This document shows, in pieces, positions 13,276 through 26,162 of a stretch of 64,000 nt of DNA. The translations under genes were made by a program, and so were the position numbers. The notes beneath the pieces were generated by a model. That model was not told where the DNA came from, ran no database searches, and saw only the letters and a list, made by a program, of their open reading frames with translations. The stretch lies in the NCBI GenBank assembly GCA_003971905.1, contig RSEE01000029.1:372001-436000 (forward strand), written 5' to 3'. The DNA comes from Moniliella sp. 'wahieum' (taxonomy: Eukaryota). Position 1 is the first letter of the stretch, and each line of letters opens with the position of its first letter.

Positions 13276-13834
13276 TCGTGGGAGCGGTTGGGCAGAACGC
13301 CAACGCCAACGCCAACGCCTGTCACATGTCGCAGCGCGTCAGCGCGTCAGCCGTCATCGCGTCGTCATGCAGTCGTTTGTCGTCCGTGCTTAACTATAGG
13401 CGGTCGTATCGCGCATCGCGCATATATCGTTCCGTGTATTTGTACCTACACTTGCGCTTCCCATCGGGTTGTGAGATGCTACTACCTTGTCTTATTTTGC
13501 TCTATCCATCCATCCACATCCATTTTCCTCTTCCATCCATCCACAACCATTTATCTATCGATCTATACTATCTATCTCTATCTCTATCTCTATCTTCTGT
13601 CGATCTTATCTCGCCACACTTGTTTATCTCTCTTCCAAACAGCTCGAGGTACCCGCGGTACTGCACTGGGAGAAACGATGGGAATACGATGGAAAGGGTT
13701 CATCGCGTGGCGCACACCAGGGGTATCGAAGGTGTTTTTTTGCGTGCTGCGGCAGAGAATTGATGAGGCCGAGGGGGGCTGAGTACAGTGGGTATCGATT
13801 TACCCCACAATGTTTGGACTGACCTAAGGCCTAA

Positions 13835-13862
13835 TGAAGCTTGAAGCTTGAAGCTTGAAGCT
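13835..13862. repeat. (TGAAGCT)4 heptamer array
   Basis: Read directly from the sequence. Confidence 0.95.
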
Positions 13863-14003
13863 CCTTGCTAGAAGTTAGACCCGGACGTTGAACCCTCAGT
13901 TGAGGATGTTGAGGTGTTACATGTTAGGTCTGAGGTTATTAGGCGAGGGTGATTTATGGTTGGGTGTTACATGTTACATTGATCTTGGGCATTGTCACCT
14001 GTC

Positions 14004-14442
14004 ATGCAAGTCACCGGCACCACCATCCACCCTCTCCCGTCTCCCGCTCTGGCCCAGGCCCAGGCCGCAGCTGCGCCTCAGACCGCATCGGCGAAAAAGA
14101 AGACGGATACGGATGTACGCACAGAGATTGCAGCTATCATAAGGCAGATCACAGCGAGCTGTACATTCCTTCCTTTACTCGACGGAACCCCCCCGCTTGG
14201 TGTGTTTGGTAGTCGTGGAGAAATTGTACTGACCCCCGCTCGTAGGCTCGTTCCAGATCCAAGCTTACACCAATTCCGACGCGCCCGGTCCAGAGGAATG
14301 GGCCATTTCGGCGCCTCAGTTGATCAACGCCAACCGTGCAGAGCAGGTACGTCTCCCACCGTTCTCCACTGCGGTGCACAAAGTCGATGCCATGGCCGCC
14401 TACCGCCGGGATGAAGGGGAAGACGAATGCCAGAGACGGTGA
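14004..14442 (+). CDS. MAD2: Mad2-like HORMA protein, C-terminal half only (about 130 aa after splicing)
   Basis: KTDTDVRTEIAAIIRQITASCTFLPLLD, then intron 14200-14245 (gtgtgt..actgac..cgtag), then SFQIQAYTNSDAPGPEEW..AEQVRLPTFSTAVHKVDAMAAYR. The N-terminal Mad2 motifs are not seen upstream. Confidence 0.8.
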
Positions 14443-14532
14443 CACGCTCGCTACGAATCCATACGCTTTCTCCCATTGTACCCATGAACCCATGAACCCA
14501 TGACGCATGCATGAGGCATGCAAGTGAATTTT

Positions 14533-15894
14533 TTACGCAGTCGCCAATGTGCCCACGCTGTGGGAAGATGTTGCTCGTGCGCGTTGGGAGAGAGCGGAAA
14601 GTTGCTCCAATGCAGCTGGGGTGTTGGACTCGATTGTTGCTGCCAGCTCGGCCCAGGCAGGATGCGAGCGCGGCCAACGGACCGGGTACAAGTCCAGTGA
14701 CAAGTGGTTGTACTCCTCCTTTGACCTCAGTTTGGGCATGGTCCCACGAGCCGTTAGGCCAGGTAAGTATTTAGCATGGAACAAGGTCTGTGCCGCGGCG
14801 AGGCCGTGGTGATGGTACACGGCGCCCATTAGTGCTTCGACGGCCACGCCTCGGATCCGCCAGAAATGAGTAGCACGCGCTTCCCCGATCGTCTGAGGGC
14901 GGTAGGCCCAGCCGGGAAGGAAGGCGCCCGTGGGAAGTGGGATGCCCTGCGGACTGCCTTGGGCACGAACTTGGTTCTCATACGCCTCGACTGTGGGGTA
15001 CGTGTCTTGCATCAGCTGGCCCATGCCGGGAGTGACTTTTTTAGGTGACCAGCGCAGTACTTGCTCCAAGTGCAGGTGCTCGCCCACGGACCCACCAAGA
15101 TGAAGTGTGTTGAGCAACACATCGTACGGCCGCGACGGAGGGGGCTCTGCACCCCCCCGCTTCTCTGTCACCGTCTGCCAGGTAGAGGAAAGACTTTGGT
15201 TGGGCTCGTACAGTACCTGCGACACTTGTTCCCGTTCTTGTAGCGCCGCCATGCTCACCCCGGCAGGCAAGTGGGAATGGAAAAACATTGCCATCAGCAT
15301 CTTGAGTACTTTGCGCCCTACAAATGACAAGCGACGATTGTGTCCCGCAAAACTCGTTCCGTACTTCCATGATTCATGGGTAATTGCCTGGGCGGCCAGG
15401 ACAGGTGGCAGAGGAAGTCCAATCGTCCTTTCGACCGCAGCTAGCATGTCCTCCGTCGTAGCGTGAGGCGTGATACGAGGGACCATAGGCAATGGCTTGC
15501 GTTTCAACCCCAAATCCTTCAATAGCCCCGGCTCCTTCTCTGCCACCCGGGCCAACTCTAAGCGCACAGCCAACCGACGACTAGAGCGCAGCGCCGCCGG
15601 GTCCAGATCGTGCACTTCAAAGTCCATCCCGGCACTGGCGGGGCCGGTAGGACGCGGCGTGGGGAAGGGCAAGTCAAGTCGAGGGGGACTAAGCGGAGCC
15701 ACATCCGGCCGAGGCGGCAGTTCACGCGCAACAGGCGGAACAGAGGGTGAAGCGTGTGTCGCAAGGCGGCGGACAAGGCACAGAGGAAGAGGCTGGGACT
15801 GGGACTGGCGCACAGGCAAGGCCATGGCCATGGCCAAGCGTAGCTCCCATGGCCTCCCGGGCACGCGAGAGCCCACCGCCAGCGCACGCATCAT
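14533..15894 (-). CDS. MRPL15: Mitochondrial ribosomal protein mL57 (RNase III-like)
   Basis: Uninterrupted ORF with an Arg/Ala-rich presequence-like start. Motifs AQAITHESWKYG..HNRRLSFVGRKVL, LEQVLRWSP, GVAVEALMGAVYHHHG match the non-catalytic RNase III fold of mL57. Confidence 0.78.
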   Translation of the reverse strand: MMRALAVGSRVPGRPWELRLAMAMALPVRQSQSQPLPLCLVRRLATHASPSVPPVARELPPRPDVAPLSPPRLDLPFPTPRPTGPASAGMDFEVHDLDPAALRSSRRLAVRLELARVAEKEPGLLKDLGLKRKPLPMVPRITPHATTEDMLAAVERTIGLPLPPVLAAQAITHESWKYGTSFAGHNRRLSFVGRKVLKMLMAMFFHSHLPAGVSMAALQEREQVSQVLYEPNQSLSSTWQTVTEKRGGAEPPPSRPYDVLLNTLHLGGSVGEHLHLEQVLRWSPKKVTPGMGQLMQDTYPTVEAYENQVRAQGSPQGIPLPTGAFLPGWAYRPQTIGEARATHFWRIRGVAVEALMGAVYHHHGLAAAQTLFHAKYLPGLTARGTMPKLRSKEEYNHLSLDLYPVRWPRSHPAWAELAATIESNTPAALEQLSALSQRARATSSHSVGTLATA

Positions 15895-16114
15895 GGTAGC
15901 GCGCACTGGAAGAAATTAAGCCAGCTCGCCTCGGAAGACCAGCCGGGCGGAAGAGGGGCGGAACGGGGTAAAGCAGGCGAAGGGCAAGGGCATGGGCGCT
16001 GGCCGCCCCACTGCCCCCGTGCCCTTGGTGCCCTGTTCCCAATTTGGGAGCACTTGCGTGGGGGAGCACGGAGCACAAGGGCTGGTCCCGAGAATGCTTA
16101 AAGCACGCTGTGAC

Positions 16115-16148
16115 TACTGGTTACTGGTTACTGGTTACTGGTTACTGG
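16115..16148. repeat. (TACTGGT)n heptamer array, about 5 units
   Basis: tactggttactggttactggttactggttactgg. Confidence 0.9.
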
Positions 16149-16279
16149 GTACCACCGCCGCTGCCACCGCCACTGCCATCGCCTAGAATGACCGCTGTTG
16201 CTTCTCGCCCGCGTCCAGCACAGTGCGCCTCACGCTTGTGTTCGTCTCCGGGTCATCACTCACTTGCCCTTCCTACATG

Positions 16280-17130
16280 ACATTGCGAGGATGATGACGT
16301 TACGATTCCAGGAGCGCGACGAAATGGTGGTGTCAAGATCACTATTTTTCTCCACTGGTTTCTGACAGAGTGTGCACTGCACCCTTGTCCATTCTCAAGT
16401 TCCTTCTGCAGCCACGGCCCCCGGCAAGCCTAAGCGTCCCACAAGGTTGGTAAAGAGCACGGATGATCCTCCGCTGGCTTAAGAGGGTGGGTACAACACC
16501 ACCACGGTCGCCGAGAACACACCACATATGTTTCATGCTGGTTGGTGCCGCCAAGGCAGAGCCCGAGCCATCTGTCGAAGATGCAATGCGGAATCAGTTG
16601 CAAGGCAAGAAGACCCAGTCAGTGCTGCTACTGCCGCGGGGACCACTTCACCACCCGCTGTCCGTACAAGGATACACTTGTTTCCGCTGTGGGGGAAGGA
16701 CTGGACCACGGACCAGAAAATCCGGAATCCGGCACTTAATGACCCCTCTAACGCCACTGTGGGTGCCAGTGCGGCTGCACGCACCGAGTGCTACGTTCTT
16801 CCCGGCCAGCAGGAAGGAGCTGCGTCACACTTTAGTCCTGCCTCGATGGGTGGCGGGTCGCGCGACGAGCAGCCAATGTTGTATGTGACCAAGCTTTCAG
16901 AAGAGGTGCAGGAGGGGGACTTGCGGCAACTCTTTGGTCGCTTTGGTCAGGTGACCCGGGTGTTCGTCGGGCGGGATCAGGAGACGGTACGGGACAAAGG
17001 GTTCGCGTTTGTATCGTTTGAGATGGTTGCCGATGCGGACCAGGCACGGCAGAAGGTGGCTCAGTTGGGTATGCCAACCTCATGATTCTTTCGGTTCAGT
17101 GGTCCCAGCTGCGCGGGGAGCAACCAACAC
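16280..17130 (+). pseudogene. TIF35: Translation initiation factor eIF3 subunit g, degenerate copy
   Basis: Zn-knuckle CCYCRGDHFTTRCPYKDTL (from 16623) and RRM MLYVTKLSEE..LFGRFGQVTRVFVGRDQET..KGFAFVSF..ILSVQWS. The 5' half is broken by stops and frameshifts and conserved residues are substituted. Identity is confident; pseudogene status less so. Confidence 0.7.
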
Positions 17131-17214
17131 TGAGTACTGAGTACTGACTGCCTAACTTGTTGTTTTATCTCGTTGGTGACTTCTTGCCTAGCGCCACGGA
17201 CGTGAAAAGTACAA

Positions 17215-18523
<1,309 letters not shown>

Positions 18524-18787
18524 TAGGAGGTGCGGGTGGTGGGGCAAAGCCACGAGCAAGTAGAGATTCAAATTTAAGTCCTTGCTCGGCGTTGGACGTT
18601 GGTCGGGCCGCGCAAATCCGCGCAAATAGCTTTTTTGAAAATAAGTTTGTGCTCTATGCTTGCAAAAACTCTCCCGAAACCCCACTTTGTGGTGGCGTCT
18701 GCACCACCTGCTGCTACCCACGCTCGAGTTAACAATGCTTGCGGGCCGCTCATGATCAACATGCCTATGAAACGGGCGGGAATCCAT

Positions 18788-19429
18788 TTAGTCCAGGGCC
18801 ATGGAAGCATGCTGATCCATGCTCACCCCAGCTTTCCCCTCTTTCTGAGCCGGGACAGCAGCCATACCTTCCTCTTCTTGTGTTGGATCGCGGGCCTGGA
18901 GTAAGATGCTCAACTCTTCGGGATCGAGGGCAAACTCGTCGTCACTTTCCACCCACATGATATCAGGTGGAGGTTCCTCCGCATCCTCCACCATCTCCAT
19001 GTCAATATGTCGATCAGGGTCGAGGGCATACGTTTGCGCTGCGGCCGCTTCCCCCTGTTGTGTGACAAGGGCTTCTGCGTGCCAAATGGTATGGGCAAAC
19101 TCGAGGTCTTCAGCCATGTCGGCTTCGTCTTGTAGGTCTCCTGAAGGTGGAGGCCGAGGTCGTGGAATAGAAGGAGGATGGCGCAGTTTCGGTGCAGTGG
19201 GGCGGGAAGGTGGTTTAGGGTGGGTGGCACGTCGAACAGAGGGGGTACAGTCACTGGTGCTGGTGCTGGTGCTGGTGCTGGTGCTGGGATGGGGACTGGC
19301 TCCGCAAGTGGGGACCGCCGTCTCTCGGGCAGAGGCGACGGCTTGGCGGCGGGCACTGAGCATAGCCTGTTCGTGGGCGGCAATGCGTGCATGGTGGGCT
19401 GCTGCCGAGGCGGCGGTGCCGCCTGTCAT
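18788..19429 (-). CDS. Hypothetical protein
   Basis: Open frame from MTGGTAASAAAHH with an (ST)n tract and an acidic C-terminal region (EDLEFAHTIW..LDPEELSILL). No family recognised. Confidence 0.5.
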   Translation of the reverse strand: MTGGTAASAAAHHARIAAHEQAMLSARRQAVASARETAVPTCGASPHPSTSTSTSTSTSDCTPSVRRATHPKPPSRPTAPKLRHPPSIPRPRPPPSGDLQDEADMAEDLEFAHTIWHAEALVTQQGEAAAAQTYALDPDRHIDMEMVEDAEEPPPDIMWVESDDEFALDPEELSILLQARDPTQEEEGMAAVPAQKEGKAGVSMDQHASMALD

Positions 19430-20205
19430 CTGGGAGGGGGACACAGTGGGCGCGTGATGATGCAGATAGAGGGATGCCGATGGTCGGTGGAGCCGAGGGC
19501 GTCTTGCGAGGGCAACAGCCAAGCCGGGGTTATTCATACCTTCGTCCACGCATCGCCACACGCCTTGCCACATGTCACGCACGCGCTAAGACTAGCCAAT
19601 GCACAGTGCACCAGTGCTGCAACATTTCAGCACAGCGACAGCTGTCAATGTCATGGTCAATCGGACATAGGAACTGGGAGCCATCGAATTTGCTGACCCG
19701 CGCCAGCCCCCCCTCCCTTTCTGCTTCTATGCACTTCCACCATCATCATCAGCCCCGCTCCCCTTCCAGTCCAGAGGCATTGTACACGCCTGTAGCCCAT
19801 TGAGCATAGGGTGGAGCACCCACCCTTGGGAAGCCAAAACATCCACACCTCGACGCACCAAATGCGGGGTCAGACGTCGCCCCCGAGGTAATTGCCTCTT
19901 TCGTCTCCAGGCTGGCCAATGCCCAGATGCAGAACTTCATCCTCAACTGAGTCGAAGGATATAGTTACTGAGTCTTAGTTCTTGATGATTGGCGATGTCC
20001 TAGCCTCCCCACGGCACCATAGCGGGAACAGACTAATAGAAACTGGACGCGCCGCTCTCGCGGCTTCTTGACGACACGGGTCTCGTGTCTGGCGAGTAGC
20101 CCTGGGCGGCATGCGTTATAGATTGAGCAAAGAGAGGATGGATGGGGAGAGAATGCAGTAAAGATAGATGACTAAACAGTACAAATAGGATCTGGATCAT
20201 ATCAA

Positions 20206-22218
20206 CTAAGCCCGTGCTTGCTGTAAGGCTTGCTGCCGAGCCTGCTGCCAAGCCTGTGCCTGGTCCATCTCCTGCGGCTGGAGCTGTGCGACAGCTTGTT
20301 GGATGGCGATGTTGTGCTTGAGCAGGCTAGCGAGCGCAAGGATCGCGTGCTCCCGCATGTAGGGATTGGCCTCGTCCACCTGGGTCAAGTTAAGCACAGT
20401 GTACAGACCACCCGCTTGGTGCACACGGTCTTGCACTTGCTTCACTCTCTCCCGTTCTTCAGTCGACGCGCGGGGGGAGAGGAAAACAAGTCCGGTCAGA
20501 AGGCGGAGCAGATCTCGTTTCAGGTACGGAAGGTCGGTCTTGCCTTCCATATGGGCGGTGCGACCGGTATGGCTCAAGGCGTGTCCCTCTGGAACTGAGT
20601 CCATTTTGCCCCCCTTGAAGGGAGAAAGCGGCGGGGAAAACTTGACGACCGCTTGGAGGAGGGATACCAAATTTTCCATTCCCTCCTCTGAGAAGCGATG
20701 AACGAACCATTGTCCCACTTTGAGCATCTCTGTTCCAGTGGAGGTGACCTCTCCTTGCTGGGCAGGATAGATGAATGCACAGAGAATCTGCAGAAGCACA
20801 ACCAAAGCTTGGTGCAGTGCTACGATCTCGCTTTTGGCTTCAGGACCCTCAGGGCAAGCGAGAAGCGTCTCCATTTTCCACTGAGAGAGACCCAGATGGC
20901 CCACAGAGGGGGCGTCTCCCTCATTGTCAGAGGTAGACTCGTATCTATCCGCCCCGCGTCGAGGTAGGCATCGAAGAACTTGAGTAGCGCCACGAGCTCA
21001 GTCGAGAGACCAGTTCCTAACCAGGATACGATCGATCCCAGCAAGCCGCGTTGAAATAGCGGTTTGAGCACGGCATGGTCCAGTTGCAGCAGATCTCCCC
21101 CTTCTGCTGGTGCGGCTTCCTCGGGATTTTCTTCGGATGAGAGGAGCTGTTCAAGCGTTCGATGTGCGCTATGCAACAGAATCCGCAAAACAGGGTGGGC
21201 TGGGGGAGCGGACGCGAGGAAGTTCGCGCGTAGTGTTGCACCGGGTGTGGTGGGAAGCACACAATTGAGAAGAAGGACTCGGACCGCAGAGGCTATTTTG
21301 GCGTCGTTCATCTCCATTAGACGTTGAAGGAAGGTGGGTCCTACTGAGGAAGAGTGGGAATAGACCATAGCCCAGAACTTGGTCTGTGCCCCTTCGCAGC
21401 GGGTAGTGCAGTTGGCCAAGATTTGCACAAATGTACGTGCCAGAGGGACATCGTCCTCGCTTTCCACGATTGCACCCGATGTGAGGCGTAGAAGCACGCT
21501 TTGGTCCATCACGGACAAGAGGGTGAGGACTCGCGTTTGTACCCGTTCCCCACCAGCAGCGAGCATGTTTCGCACAAACCGAAGCGCCGAAAGTGAGATT
21601 ATCCTTGTTTCAGGACTGGGAAGAGTGAAATAGACTGAGGTCAAGTGGAAGAGATGCAGTAGGCGGTGCATGTCCCCTTTGGCCTTGACCATTTGGCTGG
21701 CAAGGACGCGCAGGCGGTGGTCCTGCGCCATCTCATCCACAAGTCGGGGAAGCAGCATCGCCAGCTGAGGCTGTGGTGAATGGGACCAGTCACCATCGAG
21801 GATACGAGCAAGCTGGGCCATGTCCTCGGTTTCCGCCATGCTCATTTCGCGCAGTGAGAGCGAGGTGGTGGCCTGCCAAGAGGAGGTCGATGTATGCGAG
21901 GGGGTGGGCAAGGGCCAGGTCGTCCAGGACGTCATACTCATGAGCCAGAGCCTGGGCGTGAACCAGCCGCTGGCGCCGATCTGGTATCGAAGCGTACCCA
22001 GTGAGCTGAAACTGGTTGGCGTGCAGACCTAGGGGGTCGTCGAGGCGGATGGTGTAGGGCCCCGCGTAGACACCAGCATCACAGGTTGCGTCGCGAACCC
22101 AGGCAGGCGGCTGGTAGGCGTCCGAGGAAACAAGAGAAAGTTGGTCGAGGGCATGGGGAAGAGCTTCGGCCAGCGAATAGTACAGTGCTGGCCCCACCGC
22201 TTGGGACGAGGCGACCAT
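20206..22218 (-). CDS. Ataxin-10/Ctr86-like ARM-repeat protein
   Basis: C-terminal ataxin-10 signature VQDRVHQAGGLYTVLNLTQVDEANPYMREHAILALASLLKHN. Frameshift near 20880. The start is either 21839 or, with one more frameshift, 22218. Confidence 0.8.
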
Positions 22219-22670
22219 GGCAACTGCTTCTGTTCACCAGTAAGAGGTGGAGCCAAGTAAAAAAAAAAACAGTGGCAATTAGGGCGGCCCGGAGCTAAGA
22301 GGGCTACCCCCGGCATTCCGCCGACAGGCTGGCTGTCTCCATTCCGCCCACACTTGGGCCTGCGACCAGCATTATACACGGTGGTCCCCACGGTAGCGTT
22401 CATGCCCAGGATGGAAATGGGCGGATAGATGGAGCAAAGTCCAGCTGGCGACGCCAATGACGTGAACGGAAGGGGGGTTGAGGCCCCGTGGAGGAGCAAG
22501 CATGACTTTGTATCTATTCTCGCCGCGTACAGATCGTACAGCAGTCTTAGAACGAAAGCACTATACATGTTACTCTGTTATAGTCCACCTCCCCCTTCAG
22601 ACCAACCTGTTGAGACCAGCAGTCTTCGAGTCGTCCGTTTCAAAAACAAAAAATCCGTTACTAGAGCAAG

Positions 22671-25434
22671 TTACCCCTGGGTAGAGTAGCGTACTGGGCG
22701 AGAAGCCACTGGCGAAGCAGGTCGCGGTACTCCTGAGGATGAATGGGTCAAGTGGTGTCCGACTCCCCCTTGAACCCCCCTCGCTGCAGCCCAAGGGTTC
22801 CCGCCCCTCGGGGAGTGAGGGCAGGATGATGTTCCATTCCCCATCGGTTCTTGGTGCGCGTATCGTCTCCACCCGTAAGAATGGGACAGAGGTTTGACCA
22901 CTTTCAGCTGACCCCACTGAGGCTGCTCTGGGTTGACCTGGTAGTCCATCCGACACAGTTTCTTGGGTCCAGACATGCCTTCTTCTTCGATCGCAGGGCG
23001 CGAGAGCGTCTGCTCCCCTCGCATGAGCGCAAACTTCTTATTGACCAAGGCCAAGTACCAGAACATGAGGTTGGTGATCGTCACTTGTTCGCTCAAGGGT
23101 CGACGCGGATCCGCTAGTTTGTAGTGGCTCAGTCGATAAATCGCCCGCTCCATGTTGACAGGGAAGCGTTGAATCTTGGCCTTCTTTTTGGAGGGATGCA
23201 GAGGCGCAAGCGATTCCTTCTTCTTCCCAAACAGCGCACCAAGCTTTTTAGTTCCTTTGCTCAACTCTTCATCTCGCTTCCCAAACCAGGCAGTAAAGCT
23301 TCGCTTGTCCTTGTCCTTTTCTTTTTCCTTTTCATGTCCCCGGGGGGGAGGGGACGAGGCTGAAGTTGCATGGGCGACTGCGTTGGAGAGTGCACACCTT
23401 GCCCCGGTGGGTGCGGAGCTTGAGCACGCTGAACCGAGGCTTTCGGCGTGGGTGCTTGCTGAACTGGGTGCTGAGCTGGAGGATACCCCACAGCGTGAAC
23501 CGAAGCATATGTTCCGGGAGCACTCGTCCATTGTTGGGGTGGTGGGGGAGCACCTCGACCTTGGCCAGGGGCGGGGGGCTGAGCGCGAATGGGTGCGGAC
23601 GGTTGTGTCTGGGGGAGAGGCGGGCGGGACTGCTGAGACTGTACGCGGGTAGCTACAGGGTGGCCTTGGGGTGTTTGGTGGGCTGAAGGGGAAGGTAAAG
23701 ACTGTAACCTCGATGTTCCCGGCGAACTTGGCCTCGCTGTCCCCGGAGCGCCGGGAGGCGACGTCTGCAATGGCGAGGTTGGCGCTGGCTGTGCGCGTAT
23801 GCCTCCAAAGGACGCGCGGTACCTTGGAGGACAGGGCCGGGCGCGGATCCTCTCACGGCATGGGGACCAGCGACGGGTAAGGAGCGCACTGAAGTGGTGG
23901 GAGAAGTTGGCTGACCACCCGGGGGGCGAGGGGATTGATTGTAAGCCTGACCCGCTGAAAAGGGGCAGGGGGCGGGTTCGAGAGAGCAGTACTAGCTCCT
24001 CCGTCCCTAGGCATGGATACGATAGGCAGGCCCTGCCGCTGAGCCTTGTGCATCTGGGTCAGATAGGCCGGTGGCAGTTCTGGCTGTGCAACGCTATGTC
24101 TTGGTTGGGGTCCACTTTCCAGTGCAGAAATGAGACGTTCGCGCGCCGTCGTTTCTGCATTGGATGCGGTTGAATTGAGAGCAGTTGAGCTGAAAGGACG
24201 GGAGGGCGAATGGACGGGACTGGGCGATGGGTTAGCATATGCCTCAATGATCATCCCGTACGATTGAGTGGCCGAAGCCGAAGTAGTCCCCCCGCCAGTT
24301 CATCCATGTCCAGATCGGCATAGGCAGCGTCTGTATCCGCTGGAGAAGTAACAGGTGGGCGGACAGAGGTCTCTTTCGTCAAAGAAGTGAGTTGCTCTCG
24401 GAGGGAGGGATCGCGCCGGCAGAAGAGAAAGATCCCGCTTGGGGGGGAAGAGGATCGCGACGCAACGGAGGCTCGCTTGCGCTTGTTGAAGAAGCATGTT
24501 CCCCGCCGAGAGATGGGAGGGGTGGCACCTCTTCCGTGGATCTGGTCGACCCATACCTTTACCTTCTCGCTGTCGTTGGCGCAAAGAGCCCGAGCGACGT
24601 ATATCCCTCACCTCGATCGCTTCTGGCATTGCATCGACGACGTCCATGGCTGTGCAGTCCAACGTTAGTGCCATTTGCCGAACAAAGGAAAACAAGACAC
24701 ACCTGCATTTCCACGCATGCTCAACGTGCGACCCAGCGCAGCCTTGAGGGCATCGGGGTCATCCCACTCTGGACCAAAGGAATCGTCCATTTCCGCCAAG
24801 GTAGGCCGACGAACCGGAGTCACTCGGTCCTCTACACCTTGGGGAGAGAAGGACTGCCCAATCGGGGGCTCGGGATCGTCACTCGGAGTGACTTGTTTCC
24901 GAAGCGTGGAGCGACGATTCAGGGGTCCCATTACAGGTGAAGGCTGCTGGTGTTGATGAGCACGGCGAATGCTGCGTGCTCTGACGCCTCCCAACCCAGA
25001 TAGAGCAGGGTGCAGCTCTTCCTCCTTGGGTTGGGGGGGAATGTGGCATTTCCGGCGGCTCCCGCTACTTCAGGTGCATCGAGGCGGGCACCCACCCTGA
25101 TGCAGCCCTGGGGGGACGAGGCTTGCTGCCCTCATCCGACGCCGAGCTGCGCGGCTCTCCTCGGTATAATTGATTGTCGATGGAGGCGCAGGGGGAGGCA
25201 CGGGGGCTGGGGCTGGGGCTGGGGTTGGAGCTGGGGATAGGTGCAGGAAAGCCGGGGTACCAGTGGCAGAGGTAGGGGTAGGAGCAGGGGAGGGGGGCAT
25301 ATCCAGGGGCAATGTGAACGTGGAGGGCAGCGGCGGTGGTTGATGATGTTTGTGGCGCGGGGGCGAAGGAGGGTACAAGCCGGGTCGGTCCGAGACGGCA
25401 CCAGGGGACGGCGTGGGGCCGAAGGAGGCGCCAT
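22671..25434 (-). CDS. ZDS1: Zds1-family PP2A regulator
   Basis: Zds_C motif RFPVNMERAIYRLSHYKLADPRRPLSEQVTITNLMFWYLALVN (~23040-23170), preceded by a long Pro/Ser-rich region. Probable intron ~24652-24703. Start uncertain; frameshifts. Confidence 0.8.
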
Positions 25435-26162
25435 GGTGTGGGCCTTGCTTGGCACTGGCCGTGGATGGGTGGAAGTCTGGGCCGCGGGCGCGTAGGCGTC
25501 GTTGGTCGTCGACAGGCGGAAGGCGGGGTCGGTAAAAATGGGCGACGGCGCCGATGGCGCTGGGCGGGGGGAGGAGGAGGGCACTGCGAAGGCGTGCTCG
25601 GCGGGCGTCCCCCCGACGGCGGTGTGCGGCGGGAGAACATTGGTGGTGCGCAGGCAGATCCAGACGCGGCGATGGGCAGTGCCGGCGACGGTGCCTTGCG
25701 CTCAGGCACCAATTCGGCCTGCACCGCCCACCCACCGACGGCCACGTCCCCCCAAAGCCTATCTCCCGCCGCAGTGCCCCTGTGCCTGGGCTGGCGTATC
25801 TTTGTTTACCCGCCCGCCTACGCAGCGCACTACGCCACCTGTCTCGCTTGTCCCCCGCCACCCTCCGTCTGACCTGGATGGCACGCACCACCCCCCACCC
25901 CCACCACCCCACGCTGCTCGCTCAGGCCCACACCGCCATGAGGCCATCGTCTCTATCCGCCGCCTCTGCTTCTCTACGAACCACTGTAGCGTCCTTGCAT
26001 TAGCATGAAGGCGTGTGCCATTTTGTGCTGCTACACTGCACAGCGAGGATGCATGGGGACATAGTGTGCCCGTCCTGAGCCAGGTATTGCCATGTCCAGC
26101 AAGGGAGCCGGAACCACCAAAGGGGGCAAGCCACAGGCGGAAGAAAAAAACACACAATGCGT

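Noticed and set aside
13835..13862. Heptamer arrays as CRISPR repeats or cloning-linker (HindIII/ClaI) artefacts
   Set aside because: There are no spacers or cas genes, the context is eukaryotic, and degenerate and mixed units at many sites argue for natural origin.
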